DNA of 63,920 bases, the filler included, from Hyphochytrium catenoides (lineage: Eukaryota; Protista; Hyphochytriomycota), in NCBI GenBank assembly GCA_900088475.1. It is 6 parts of 6 records of this genome, joined end to end, with 100 filler letters (N's around TTAATTAATTAA, not from the genome) between each part and the next. Parts side by side here need not be neighbours in the genome. Positions count along the whole stretch, not along the records: positions 24,795 to 45,215 come from FLMG01004107.1; 5 more parts are not named here. One strand, given 5' to 3'. Shown in pieces: positions 24,861-37,523 of the stretch. A program made the translations under genes and the position numbers. Position 1 is the first letter of the stretch. Each line of letters starts with the position of its first letter. Under the pieces are notes generated by a model. The model was given only the letters and a program-made list of their open reading frames with translations. It did not search any database and had not been told where the DNA came from.

Positions 24861-26272
24861 AGGGAGAAACAGCACCTTATAAACGAAGACCTCTACCTTG
24901 AAACGGCCTTGTCCCTCATCAGTCTCCTCTCTCTTACTCTTCCCTATTCTCCTGTCGCCTTCTGTCCCTCTCCAGCGTCACTAGAAGAGCTTTTTTTTTT
25001 ATTCTCTTTCCTCTTCCTCTGCCTCTCGCCTTCTGAGGCCGTCCTCGGCCACCCTTTCTCTTTCTTTCGGTCGCTTTTTCTGATAGAACCCAGCCCTGGT
25101 GATGCTCTTCTCTCTTCTCTTCTCTACACTGTCTCCCACCATCTGAGGCTGATATCTCTCTCTCTCTTTCTACGACTGATGTTTATAAAGGCTAACATTC
25201 TCTCTCTTTGGTTTGTCATCATCTGAGAGTCACAAACCCGTCCATTGTTCTTAACAGAGACGTAGAAGACAGAGATCGAGAGAAGAGAAAGAGAAGAGAA
25301 AGAAAGAGAGAACAATAGAGAGCTCACATCTCCCAGGGTTTGAATGTGCTCTCTGACGTTTTCTATGTTTCCTTGATTTCTCGCCTCTCTGCCTAGAAAG
25401 GAAGAGTGAGATGGAGATTGATGCAAAAGATGACAAAAGAGGGAGACCAAGAAGACAAGAACAGGGAGAGGGAGGGAAGACAAACAGAGAGCAAGAGAGG
25501 AGCAACAGAGGAAAAGGACAGAGAAAAGAAAATGAGAGTCCATTCAGGCACAAAAATAGAGCGAGAGAGAGAGAAATAGAGAGAATCAGAGAGAGAGAGA
25601 AAGAAAGAGAGAGAGAGAGAGAGACAGACAAACTGAGAGAGAGAAAACGAGCAACAGAGAGAAAGAATAAGAGAGAGCGAAAGAGAGATCGACGCAGAGC
25701 ACAAGAGAAGACAGAAACAGAGATATAGAACGACAAGGATACAGTGAAAGAGAGAAAAACAGAGAGAGAGGACAGAGGCAGAGAGAGAGAGGGCGAGACG
25801 AGGCCTACACTAGTTGATGATGGAGCGAGCTGTGTTATTTTATCAGGACTTTAGCTAGTCCCAGGTTCTCCCTTTCACCCTTTCTGCCGCGCAGTGAAGG
25901 GGCCACGGCGACCTTCAGCCTTTCTTGAGGAACTAGTCCAAAGCAAATGCTGTCTATCTCTCTTATGGAGCCTATCAGCTTAGGGTTAGTCCCTTCACTG
26001 CTTCTCGGAGGCGGCGATGATCGAGCCGAGGGTTAGCCGGACGAAGGACAGACCAGAGTCAGAAGTAGTAGCAAACAAGGGGCACACGTGACCGTGCGGC
26101 CTCGAGGTGTCGAAGAGGTCTAAGATTCGGATCTATCAGGGCTCCGATCCCCCGCTCTAGGAGATATTTTTTGTTATTTATACTTTGCTGTACGCACCGC
26201 ATAGTCCCCAGATTAATAAGGCCTTAGGTAAAATCGGTAAATAGTTCTAGTAGTAGTTCTACTGTTTCCGGG

Positions 26273-26338
26273 GTTCACGGCTAGGGTTAGGATAAAACAG
26301 TAGTTCACGGCTAGGGTTAGGGTTAGGGTTAGGGTTAG
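26273..26338 (+). repeat. Interstitial telomere-like (TTAGGG)n tract
   Basis: gttcacggctagggttagg occurs twice, the second copy extended as ctagggttagggttagggttagggttag. Confidence 0.75.
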
Positions 26339-27201
26339 CCATGCAACGCCTCCTGGTGCCTTTTCGTGCTCCTGATGCACTGTCAACTGGTGCTCCACGC
26401 ATCTTTCTTGGCTGCTGCTAGCGGTCCCAGACATCCAACGCATAGAACAGAAAAGTAGGACGGGAAGTCATAGTCTTATTATATCCTCCAGATATCAATG
26501 GTTTGAGAACAAGAACAATCACGACAATTCTTCTCTTCTTTCACGCGTGAGGGAAGAAAGAGAGAGGGAGCGAGAGGAACTTCTAAGGACTAAGACGAGA
26601 GAAGAGTAAAAAGAACGTGAGGAACATCTTTCGGGAACTATTATTAAGGAAGAGAACTTATGTGAGGAGTGCAAGAAAGGCGAGAGACTGTCTTCAAAAA
26701 GACAACTACTAGGAAACAACTAGCAGAAGAACAGGAAAAAAGCCAACAGAACGGCAGAGACGGAGCTTCAGAACCACTCAGAAGAGAAGGTGCTGGTAGA
26801 CGGGGCAAAGATCCTGCAGATCTGAACGAAAGCCACATCTTCTTTCTCAGAACGAGCATGAAGAAGCTTTGACCTCTTCCTTCTGACAAGAAGATAGACT
26901 TGAAACGTGGTGCAGCGTGCTTGCTTATTGGCTAGTTAAGAGGTCACGGTGACGACAGCACAACGGGCAACGCTGCGCATCACTGCTTCGGAATTTACTA
27001 AGCAGTCATACTAAAAAACACGCTGTAGGGGACCGATGGTAGTCCGCCAGCTCATTGAACAGCGAGACCGAGAATTGAGAAGCTTAACAGTTTAGTCTCG
27101 CCATTCCAGGGAGTCCCACGCACTTCCACAGGAGGAGGCGCGGAGCTCGCCGCTTTTTAGTTTTTAATTTGATCTCCTTACTGACTAATCTTCTGTCGGC
27201 C

Positions 27202-28119
27202 ATGGCTCCTCATATTAGTAAGGCAGCGGCCCTGCCCTCAGTGGGTCTAAAGAGTCTTTCTCTCGCTCTCCTGGTCAGCGCTCTCTCTTTCTCTAGATGC
27301 TCTGCTTCTTGTTCTTCTGCTTTCGCCCCTCCCATCGCGAGGAGGAGCGACCATACGGTCATTATTGGCAAGGTGGCAGGCGAGGACCGCGGTCCCAACC
27401 CAATGGATCCTCCTCTGACGGTGAATGATCCTTACTACTGGCTCAGAGACGACAATAGGAGCGACCCGGAGGTCTTGGCCTACCTTGACGCGGAGAACAA
27501 GTATCATACGGCGTATATGGAACATCTCAAGGAGCCTGCGGAGAAGATCTACCAGGAACTAGTTAACCGGAAAGAGGTAGAAGAAGACTGCCAGCATTTC
27601 TCGGAGGGCATTGGCCCGCTCTGATTCTTTCCTACTTTTCCTTTCTCGCCACCTTAGCCTGGGCATAAGCCTGGCTAGCTTTCTCTGTTCGATATCTCCT
27701 ACTGATGACCTTGGTCTGCATCCTCTTTGTCTCTCGTTTTGTCTATCCTAAACTCTTCGCTAGCTTAACTCTGTCTCTCCTCGTTAGTTGCTTTTCTCAC
27801 TCTCAAGCAAAGTGACACTATGTATCTCTCTCTTTCCTTCTCTCTCTTTTCTCCCTCTCTCTCTCTCTCCATATATAGCTTGAGAAGGAATCTCTTCCTG
27901 AGAAGGATGGCAAATACGTCTACTATGAGACATTTAGCAAGGAGCAAGCCTTTCCCAAGCACTTCCGCAAGCCCGCGGACTCGGAGGAGAAAGGTCCAGC
28001 GGAGCTGGTGCTGGACGTGAACGAGGTGGCCAAGGGACAGAATGAGACAAGTGTGTACTCTGTGAAGCCAAACTATGATGACTCTATAGTCGCCTACCCT
28101 GTGGTATGTGTCCTCTTCG

Positions 28120-28168
<49 letters not shown>

Positions 28169-28947
28169 CCCCTCTCTCTCTGTCTCTTTCGTTCTTGTTC
28201 CATCTCTCATCTCATCTTAGCCGCCCCACCCTCTCTTTCCATCCTCGATCTGTCTTCTGTTCCCCTCTCTTCTTCTTGACCTTCTTCCTGAAATATCCTC
28301 GTATCTCCCTGTGCTCTGATCTCTGAATATTCACCGTTTTCTTAGTTATAAACCTCTTCTTCTCCCAGGACTTTGACGGCGACTGGGTGACCTCCATTCG
28401 CTTCATCAACATGACCAGCGGCAAGGAACTTGAAGATGTCATTGACGATGTCTCATCGGGGCAGATGGCTTGGTCCAGGACGAGCAACAAAGTCTATTAT
28501 GTTAAGCCTGATGAGGCCAACCGTGCCTATCAGCTGTGGAGACACACGTTAGGGCAGCCAAGCGGCGAGGATGAGCTGCTTTTCACTGAGGAAGACACCG
28601 CTTTCAGTATCGGTCTGCAGCTTACTGAGAGCAAACGGTACCTCTTTATCTTCTCTTCTGCCAGCGACACGGATGAGCTTCACTACTTGGACCTGGAGGA
28701 GGAAGGCGTGGACGACCTGGCGAAGGTGAAGATGTTCCAGCCTCGCGTGGAGGGCCTAAGATTCGCTGTGAGTGGGAGCTAACACTTCCCTTTTATCGGA
28801 CTCTCCGTCTCTCTCTTCGCTCTCGGCTCTTCTCCCTCCTTTGTCTCGTCTCCTGGAGAAGTTATCTTCCTATCATGCTCTTGTCTTTCTTCGCACTTTA
28901 AAAGGTATCCTCTCCCTTGTGACACGTCTTATCTTAGTGGTGACCTC

Positions 28948-28991
<44 letters not shown>

Positions 28992-31929
28992 CTCTCTCTC
29001 TCGCACTCTCTCTCTCGCACTCTCTCTCTTCTCATCCTGCTTTCATTCTCTCTCTACTATCTCCCTCTCGGTCGCCCATCCATGTCCAGATCTCCCACCA
29101 GGAAAATAAGTTCTACATTGTGACCAACAAGGACGGGGCGATGGAAGGCAAGCTGATGGAGACAGATATTGCGGCCACCGGCGTCGAGAACTGGCGTGAA
29201 GTGCTTCCCTATACCCAGGAGATGCACCTGCAATATGCTACCTGCCAGCGATCCCTCTGCATTATAACTGGCCGTCGAGGTTAGGAAAGGAAACTCTTTG
29301 CCACCCTCAGGGCCGGCCTTGCTACTTCTGCTCCGCACTTGTCCTGCCCGCTCTCCGCCTCTTCGTGTCCTATCCTCAAGCCCTAAGGTCCTGCTTGTTC
29401 TGACCACGGATTCTCTCCATCACATTGCAGCGGGTCTCCCACGCGTCTGGTACTTTAAAGCAGGAGAAGCGGCTGCTGGGCTGCTGGAGGTGGAGTTCGA
29501 GGAAGCTGTTTACTCTGCTACGGGCTATGTCGCCGACTATGAGAGCTCCACCTTCCGAGTGATCTACACATCGCCAGTGAGTTTGGGGCAGGAGCTCGCG
29601 TGCCTGCGGTCTCTATGACCTGCCTCTCCTCGACCTGAAAAGTTGATAGTCCCCATGCTCTGCCTCTTCTCCATCTCTCTTTCATTTGTCCCCTTTGCCC
29701 TGATTCTCCATCCGCCTCTTTCTCTCTCTCTCTCTCTCTCTTTTTCTCTCTCTCTCTCTCCTTCTCTCTCTCCTTCTCTCCCTCTCTCTCTCCTTCTCTC
29801 TCTCCGGTTCACTCTCTCCTTCTCTCTCTCTTTCTTTTTCTCAGTCAGGCAGTAGACAGTCCATACCGGGCCACACTTCTGACATAACCATCCGCAGGTA
29901 ACTCCATCGAGAACGCTGGAGTACAATCCTCAAACGAAAGGCACCAGGGTCCTGAAGGTAACATCCCGTTTCTCTGCACTTCCTCCTACTTCTCCGATCC
30001 TCGACATCGGTGCTCCCGTTGTCCTTGCTGTCCTCTTCTCTTCCGAGCCTTTTCCACTGACAACGCTATGTCACTGAACCCGCCACTTTCCACGTCTCTC
30101 TCCCTGCACAGGAGACGAAGGTCTTCAACTATAACGCTGAAGAATATACTAGCGAACAGATCTTCGCGCTGTCCCGCGATGGAAAGACCAAGGTTCCTAT
30201 CTGGTTGGCGTACAGAAACGACATGAGGAAGACGTCATCCCCTCAACCGATGCACCTCGAAGGCTATGGCGCTTATGGAGCACCCATGGACCCTTACTTT
30301 TCAGAGTCAAAGTGCGTCTTCTCTTCTTTGATANNNNNNNNNNNNNNNNNNNNNNNNNNNNNNNNNNNNNNNNNNNNNNNNNNNNNNNNNNNNNNNNNNN
30401 NNNNNNNTCCCTCCGCCGTGCAGGATCTCACTGCTGGATCGTGGCGTCATCATTGCGTACGCTCAGATTCGCGGTGGTTCTGACATGGGCCGGTACTGGT
30501 ACGAGCTGGAGGGGAAGTACAAGCAGAAGAAGAACACATTCTTCGACTTCATTGACTGCGCGAAGCATCTCATTATCTTGAACTATACCTCTCCCAGCCA
30601 CCTGGCCATCGAAGGGGCGAGTGCAGGTAACGAGGCCTTTCCAAGCTTTATCGACCTTCTTCTCCTGTTCCAGTCTATCGTCGCACTACTTCTTCTCTCA
30701 CAGCTAAAACGTAAAGCTGTCTCTCGGCTGGTGGAGCAGAGAAGAGAACTAGGCTTAGTTGTTATATCTCATCCTCTCTCTCTCCGTCGATCTCTTCTCT
30801 TTTCTCCCCCTCTCTCTCTTCTTGCCTTTCTTTGCTGCCTGTGTACAACGATTAGGTGGACTGCTAATGGGAGCAGTCACCAACATGGCTCCAGAACTCT
30901 TCAAAGTCGTCCTTGCCAAGGTGCCATTTGTGGACGTGCTCGTGACGATGAGCGATCGTAAGCCATACACCTTGTCTTTCCCATTCCTCTCTCTCTCTCT
31001 CTCTCTCTCCCCCTCTCTCCCTGAAAGGCGTGCACCGCCATCACCTAGAATGTCATTCTTTGCCCTTTCCTTTGCCCTGTTCCTTCCGCCTGCCTGCGCT
31101 TTCATTTTGGGTCTTCACTTCTTCCTATCTCTCCACCCAAGCGCGGGGTGCTGACTGGCTGCTCCTAAACTCTGTCTGGTCCAGCATCTATTCCTCTCAC
31201 CACCGGAGAATGGAGAGAATGGGGCAATCCAAACGAGGAAGAGTTCTATGAGGTGATCACCTGCTCTCTCTTCTCCATCAGCACTCTCTTCTCCATCGGC
31301 ACTCTCTTCTCCACCAGTTCTCTCTTCTCCACCAGCTCTCTCTTCTCGCGTGACACTTTCCTCTCTCTCTCTTTTCGTCTCTCCATCAGTCCCTGCGGTC
31401 CCTTAGCACCAGGGATTATGATGTCTCCTCCTCCTCTTCCCACATCTGAAGTCACTCATTCGCCCCGCATCGCGCTGCTTTCCTCTCTGCAGTATATGAA
31501 ATCCTACTCTCCCATCAACAACGTGGAGGCGAAGGACTATCCTACGATGCTGGTCACAGGCGGTCTCTACGACAAGCAGGTATTCTACTGATTGCTCTAC
31601 TTCCTTTTTTCTCTCTCTCTCTCTCTCTCTTTTCTCTACTATCTCCACCCATCACTCTTCTTTCCCTTCTATCCAGATGCTTCCGTTGTCTCTCGCCCAC
31701 AATAGTTGTCTCAATCAGCCGTCTTTTCCTCGTTGCTCTGGCGCAGGTTGGCTACTGGGAGCCCGCCAAGTGGGTCGCCACCCTTCGTCACCTGAAGACG
31801 GACAAAAACTTGCTCTTTCTGAAGATGAACACTGACTCAGGACACTTTGGGAACACTGATCGCTTCAAGTCCATGAAGGAAACAGCCGCCGAAATGGCCT
31901 TCTACTTGGAGCAGATTGGAGCTCTCTGA
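27202..31929 (+). CDS. opdB: Oligopeptidase B (S9A, PtrB/OpdB-type) with a predicted signal peptide
   Basis: Twelve GT-AG exons: 27202-27576, 27879-28103, 28369-28767, 29090-29279, 29431-29576, 29898-29957, 30112-30311, 30424-30626, 30856-30957, 31185-31252, 31493-31579, 31747-31929. Motifs [25 protein letters not shown], catalytic [13 protein letters not shown] and DSGHF, plus [15 protein letters not shown]. Confidence 0.95.
31266..31347 (+). repeat. 18-bp intronic minisatellite in the oligopeptidase B gene
   Basis: ctctcttctccatcagca / ctctcttctccatcggca / ctctcttctccaccagtt / ctctcttctccaccagct tandem units. Confidence 0.8.
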
Positions 31930-32151
31930 TGGCCAAGACGAGGGAAGTCACTCATATTCTACCCAGCAAGAGAGATGCAAAGGGAAAGGGAAGACGCGAG
32001 CTAGGCTTATTTATGAGGCGAGGATGTGAGCAGCAGAAAGGTTGCTTTCCTCTTGCCTTGCCCTCCACTCGTATAACTATTATAGATTAGCCACACGGAA
32101 TGACCTTCTTAGCGAGCTAAGCGATGTTAGATGTTAGATCTCTGTTCATGC

Positions 32152-32188
<37 letters not shown>

Positions 32189-32579
32189 CTCTCTCTCTCT
32201 TTCTCCCTCTCTCTCTCTGTCTCTCCCCCTTTCTCTCTCTGTCTCCCTTTCTCTCTCTTCTTTGCTGTTGCTATCACGTATCTTGTGTTGTCTCTTCCTC
32301 CATTTGTCTGCTGCGCTGTGAGGTCTTCTCCGAGAGACCATCTTCAATCTCTCTCTTGCTCTCTTCTCCACCAGCTCTCTCCAGAGAGTGGGCTGCAAAG
32401 AAGTTTGAGTGGAAGACAACGATAGGAAGAAGGGAGCAGGAGCGGACCAGGCACTGATATTACGTCGTCCCTCGTAGAGACGAAGATGTTCTTTCCACTC
32501 AGCTCTCTTCCCAAACTCCTCAGCTCTGACCGCCTCCCTTGTGCTACATCGCACGACCTCGTATCCAGAAAGAAATAGC

Positions 32580-34073
32580 TCAAATCGCTCTCTTAGGACC
32601 CCAGCAGCATATTAAGTGCTGGCACTTGGACGGTGCCATGGTCTTCGTAGAGGAGCAGCACCGAGGAGAGTACACGACCGGCTCTGCCTGAAGCAGGAGG
32701 ACTTCTTCAGGAGTGAGTGCGATCGCGATCCAGCTAATCTCCTCATTATAGTTCTCTGAATGCACCTCACTGGTCTGAATCTTCGCGTACATCCCGCGTG
32801 GCACAAGCTCGTCGTTGAGATGCTCCAGCCACTGGGACAGCTTCTGATGGTACCGCGCCTGACGCATACAAAGCAAAGGGACGCAGACCAAGGTCATCCA
32901 GCAAACAATGAAGGTTATCAGCGCAGGGTGATAGGGCCGGACGTCACGGTCCATCTCCTCGACTAACTCTGCCCAGAAGGTACTGGAGACGCCGCGCATC
33001 GCCAGAGCCTCAGGTACCTCTTCTCGAAGCTTGCCCTTCAGGCCTAAGCCCGGGCCACACCATCCACAGGGATAGAAGGGGAGGATGAGCCGTGTGTCGG
33101 AGGATTTCGGTCGATGAACTGCCCAACCGCCATTCTTCGGTTCTCCAACTTGATGAAAGCGGGTCACAGCCGTGGGAGATATCAGTAAGGTCTCTTCAGG
33201 TTCTATAATGAAGATGTCTCTCTCTCCCTGCTGTTCCTCCTGTCTGTCTTCCTGTTGCGCACGAGGCTGTCTCTCTGTCGTGGGGCTCTCATCAGCTGGC
33301 AGAGCAGGAACAGGCTCAGGGATAGGCGATGGTGCTGATGGTGCTGTCGGTGACCCAAGAGCTGGCCCTGTCCTCCCTTCTCTCCTCCTCTCTCGGCGCC
33401 TTCTTTTCAACTCGGTTGAGGCACTGGACGGAGACAATTTGCGTGAGAAGTTATCTGCGCCTCCATTGTGTTGCCTCTCTTCGATGATACCATCTGCTTC
33501 TTCACCCGCAGCAGGATGAGGAAGAGCAGCAGCTACAGCCATGGGATGAGCGCCGTCCTCTTCGTCCTCATCAGGCACCAGAATAGCTTCCACATGCCTA
33601 TCCTGAGGAGGTGGACGAGGAGGAGCAGAAGGGATTGGAAAAGAAAGAGAAGAAGGAGCAAATCCTGCGCCGCCTGCTCTGGCAACGCCGCTGGCGGCGG
33701 CGGCCTCCGCTTCTTCCTCTGCGCTCCCCACGTGCATGCCTCCTCTTCCTGCCTTCTTCTTCCTCTTCATTAGCACTTCTTCTGGCGGCGCCGTGGGATG
33801 GCCACTATCATCAGCTCTTTCCATCTCTTCGTCTTTGTTCTCTTCTTGCTCCTCCCTCTCCTCCTTTTCGTCAACCATAAGAGCGAACTGGGTTGTTCTT
33901 GAGGGCGAAGAGAGAGACGTCCCCGCTTCTGTTTGGTCTTCTTCTCGTCGTCTTCTTATCGCGATTTCCTCCAAGGAAGGTGCCGATGGCGCCGTAGAAG
34001 ACACGGCATCTTTCCTCTTCATCTTTGCCGCTTTGATCGCCTTCTTTTTTTCTCTCTCCTCCAGCTCTGTCAT
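32580..34073 (-). CDS. Intronless protein with disordered N-terminus and Erf4/GOLGA7-like, Cys-rich C-terminal domain
   Basis: 497-aa ORF. VPEALAMRGVSSTFWAELVEEM..., a hydrophobic Cys-rich segment ITFIVCWMTLVCVPLLC and LSQWLEHLNDELVPRGM resemble the Erf4/GOLGA7 pattern from memory; CC pairs near the C-terminus suggest palmitoylation. Confidence 0.6.
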   Translation of the reverse strand: MTELEEREKKKAIKAAKMKRKDAVSSTAPSAPSLEEIAIRRRREEDQTEAGTSLSSPSRTTQFALMVDEKEEREEQEENKDEEMERADDSGHPTAPPEEVLMKRKKKAGRGGMHVGSAEEEAEAAAASGVARAGGAGFAPSSLSFPIPSAPPRPPPQDRHVEAILVPDEDEEDGAHPMAVAAALPHPAAGEEADGIIEERQHNGGADNFSRKLSPSSASTELKRRRRERRREGRTGPALGSPTAPSAPSPIPEPVPALPADESPTTERQPRAQQEDRQEEQQGERDIFIIEPEETLLISPTAVTRFHQVGEPKNGGWAVHRPKSSDTRLILPFYPCGWCGPGLGLKGKLREEVPEALAMRGVSSTFWAELVEEMDRDVRPYHPALITFIVCWMTLVCVPLLCMRQARYHQKLSQWLEHLNDELVPRGMYAKIQTSEVHSENYNEEISWIAIALTPEEVLLLQAEPVVYSPRCCSSTKTMAPSKCQHLICCWGPKRAI

Positions 34074-34678
34074 TGTTGCTGTCAGTTGGTGGTGATGCTA
34101 ATGTTCTTGTCGAAGTGCCTAGCTGCCCTTGACGATGGCTCGTTCTCTTTCTCGCCTGTGCCTTGCTTTTCTAATGACGTCCTTCTGGCTGCTTTGTCCT
34201 CTCTCCGCCTGCTACGCCCGAGGGCTAAAGACCAGAAGATAAAGGACAGAACAACAATTGACTTTCGTTCGTTGCTTCTGCGCCTTCCGTTATCAGCGAT
34301 CCCTATCTTTCTTTAGCTTACCCCTGCTTGTCCACCACCTACTCTGCTTGTCCACCACCACCAGTCGCTGGCTCTCACCGACCAACACCGCCGCACTTGC
34401 TTCTTTCGTTTCTCTCTCCTCCTCTTCTGCCTTTTCCCTTCTCCTCCTCCTCCGCTTCCACTATCGGACGACGATGCTTCTTCCTGCTCAGCCTCTACCA
34501 CCGAGTTCTGTCTGCAGGCAAAGAATCAAGAATTCGCCGCCAAAATCCTCTGTTGCTGTGGTTTGTTCTCTTAGATCTCTGACTTTGAAGTGATTGCTTC
34601 TTGTGCGGACAAGCAGTCTCACACAGGTGGAAGAAATTGTCAGAAAGGAGAGGATCCTCTCTCTCTCTTCTTCTCTCT

Positions 34679-34733
<55 letters not shown>

Positions 34734-35905
34734 TCTCCCTCTCCCTCTCTCTTCCCCTTTCTCCCTTTCTCTCATCTCATCTTCTTTCACTCTTCTCAGC
34801 ACAAGCATCAGAGGAGGGAGAGCAGGAGTGTTTGTCTTCAGTTCTCTCTGGCAGCTGAGCCTTTCGATAGCTCCTTCGATAGTCTCATCACCTCCTTGCA
34901 CCTGGAGGAGGAAGAGGAAGAGGAAGAAGGTGGGTTGAGGTGAGCAGGATTACTTCACGGTTCTACTGGAATTCTTCCATGCAGGAAACAGGTATGTCTG
35001 CCTCCTTCAGGATATCAAGCACTTCTGGTGGAAACCTTCACTAAAGCTTCATGAAATTCTTCATGAAGCTTTCAGTGCACTAGGTGCTCCTCCTCCTGCT
35101 GCTGCTCCATCTCCAGATCTTCATCAGCAGCAGCAGATAGAGTTTCAAAGGAGCAGTGTCCCATGCATGATTGCAGCGTTGGCGCACTTGGTTGGGGAGG
35201 AGGAACGATGACAGCGAGGCAAGGAATATGGCTGACAGACAGAATATGGTTGATTGAGGCGATGACTCCTTGTGGCGGTGTTTGCTGGTAATGGAGACTT
35301 AAGGTAGTGGAGCATGCAAAGAGCCAAAAAATGCAGCAGTGAAGCTGACGGCGTGTGAAATTCAGAGGGCGAGGTGCATCTACCAATGTATGGGCAGCAA
35401 AGGTGAACTGAACATGATCTCATCGCGATTGATTAACGAGTTGAGAGCAGTCGCAGAAGCTGTTTATAGGTCATAGTCCGTATAATAAGAATGATGACCC
35501 TTTCGTGCAGGGAACTTGGCAAGAGTTAAAAGGGCTCATAATTGAGTCGGCTGAATAAGTGCTTGTGGGCTTGCCAACGGGGGAACTTAGTTCTAGGGCG
35601 TGTGACGGAGAGATGAGTATGTCATCGGGGCAAAGGTTTTAATCTTGACGGTGATATGTCTCAGCTTTGGCGAAGCTTACAGAGTTCCTGAGGCAAACCT
35701 CCTGGGGCCACGAATGTCACCTGACGAGATAGATTACTAGGTAGAGATTAGGTGGCAGTGCCGTGATCGGCCTTATTGCTGACGCCATCAAGGAGCGGCA
35801 GAATGACTGGGCAGCCAATGGCAGCTGAGGACGAAGATGGCTTTTCACTTTTCGCTGAGAGCAAATTCCACCATGGCGGTCAGGTACATGTAGAGTCTGC
35901 CTGTA

Positions 35906-35965
35906 AGGACAAGTCCCTGCTCTGTGCCCTGATCGGAGACAAGTAAGGCACTTCAAGCAGCGCCC
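35906..35965 (-). mobile_element. Degenerate retroelement Gag zinc knuckle (relic)
   Basis: GRCLKCLTCLRSGHRAGTCP contains CX2CX4HX4C. An in-frame TAA lies just upstream and no recognisable pol follows; the surrounding 35.4-36.4 kb is microsatellite-free and TpA-rich. Confidence 0.55.
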
Positions 35966-37523
35966 AACTTACCAAAGCCCGCTAGGTGTGCCTCATGGAT
36001 GGCAACTAGTTTAGCCTTTCTTTGATGTATGGGGCGCTACTCTGAGTACTTAGCTCCTCTTTTGGTCAGGGGCAAAGAGCGGTGGTTTGTCGTTATAGCA
36101 GGCTGTACTTATACCTGACCCCAACGGTGGATTGTGCTCTACTGGTCCGCTGCCGACTCTATTCCTGAAAGCTGAACTGTTCAATAGAAGAATGGGAAGT
36201 GGTAGACGACGGAAGTACTGACTCTCTTTCTTAGCTGCATGTCACTTAAATGCTGTCATCAATATTTATAGCGGGCATCTAAGCTGCTAGACCTATGGAT
36301 GGCACCTAGACTGACAACTGCAATGGCCTCGAATAAGAGTGCCCCTATGGCACTAGGCTGGCATCTAACGCGGGTAACTAACTATCCCCGCCCTAAATGT
36401 CCATTCCGTTTTCCTTTCCTTTCCTTCTCTTCTCTTTCCTTTTCTATTCTCTCTCTCTCGCCTCTTTCCCATTTATTTCTCTCTCTCTCTCTCTCTCCTT
36501 CCTTCTCTCTCTTTGTCTCTTTCTTTGTCTGTCTCTCTCTGGTCTTGTCCATTCCTTTTTCTTCTCTCTCTCTCTCGCCTCTTTCCCATTTATTTCTCTC
36601 TATCTCCCTCCTTCTCTCTCTTTGTCTCTCTCTTCGTCTGTCTCTCTGCTCTTTATCTCTCTCTGCTTCTTTGTGCGGCGGAACGTCGCGAGAGCGGGGG
36701 CAAAAGTGAAAGATCAGGGCACCTCCTAGGACAAAGGAATAGGAAAACAACTCTAAGAAGAACCAAGATTAAGGACAGTAAAGGAAAGTGAGGGTCGTAT
36801 CAAGAGAGTAAGTCTTTAGAAGAGTAGCGAAGAGGAGTGAAAGGGGCTACCACTGAGAGAGAAGAGACAGAGGGAGAGAAAGAGACAGCCACCTCCTTTC
36901 CCTTCCTAAGCGCCACGGGTTTGGGCTCAGTACGTCTACTGCTGCCATAATTAGTCGTTAATACCAATCACTGTCGTCTGCCTATTCTCTTCTCCTTCTC
37001 TGACTGCCAGAAAGGGTTAGGGCTGCTTGGGTTAACACTCGTCTTTTCACCAGAGCACTTTGAAGCGCGCGTCGGTTGTTATGAAAGAGAAAACCTTCTT
37101 TCTCTACGGCCTGCCTGCTCTGTTTATACAGCGGCTTGGCGAGCCAAAAGGAAGACCTCATAGCACTACCCTCTCTCTCTCTCCTCATATCCCCCCCACC
37201 AGGGAGGAGAGGAAAAGAGGTCGGCTAATCGCGAACACTATTTAACGGAATAGAAAGATAGTGGAAAAAGAACCTCTTCCTCTCTCCTGCCCAAAAACAT
37301 TCATCTCTTTCGCCAATGCCATCCTAAGAGGCAGCTTCTTTGTGGAAAGAACATGCGGTGAAGAAGCGTGCGCCCCACTCTTCTTTATCCTCTCTCTGTC
37401 TCCTCTGCCTCTCTCTCTTTCTCTGAGCAAAAATAGCTCGCTGTCCTTACTTTCCTCTCTCTCCCAATCTCTAGAGAGAGGACTCTAAACTTCTACGGAG
37501 TACCTCAGTGACACTTACCTTTT

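Noticed and set aside
31266-31347. CRISPR-like array
   Set aside because: Head-to-tail minisatellite without unique spacers, inside a eukaryotic intron.
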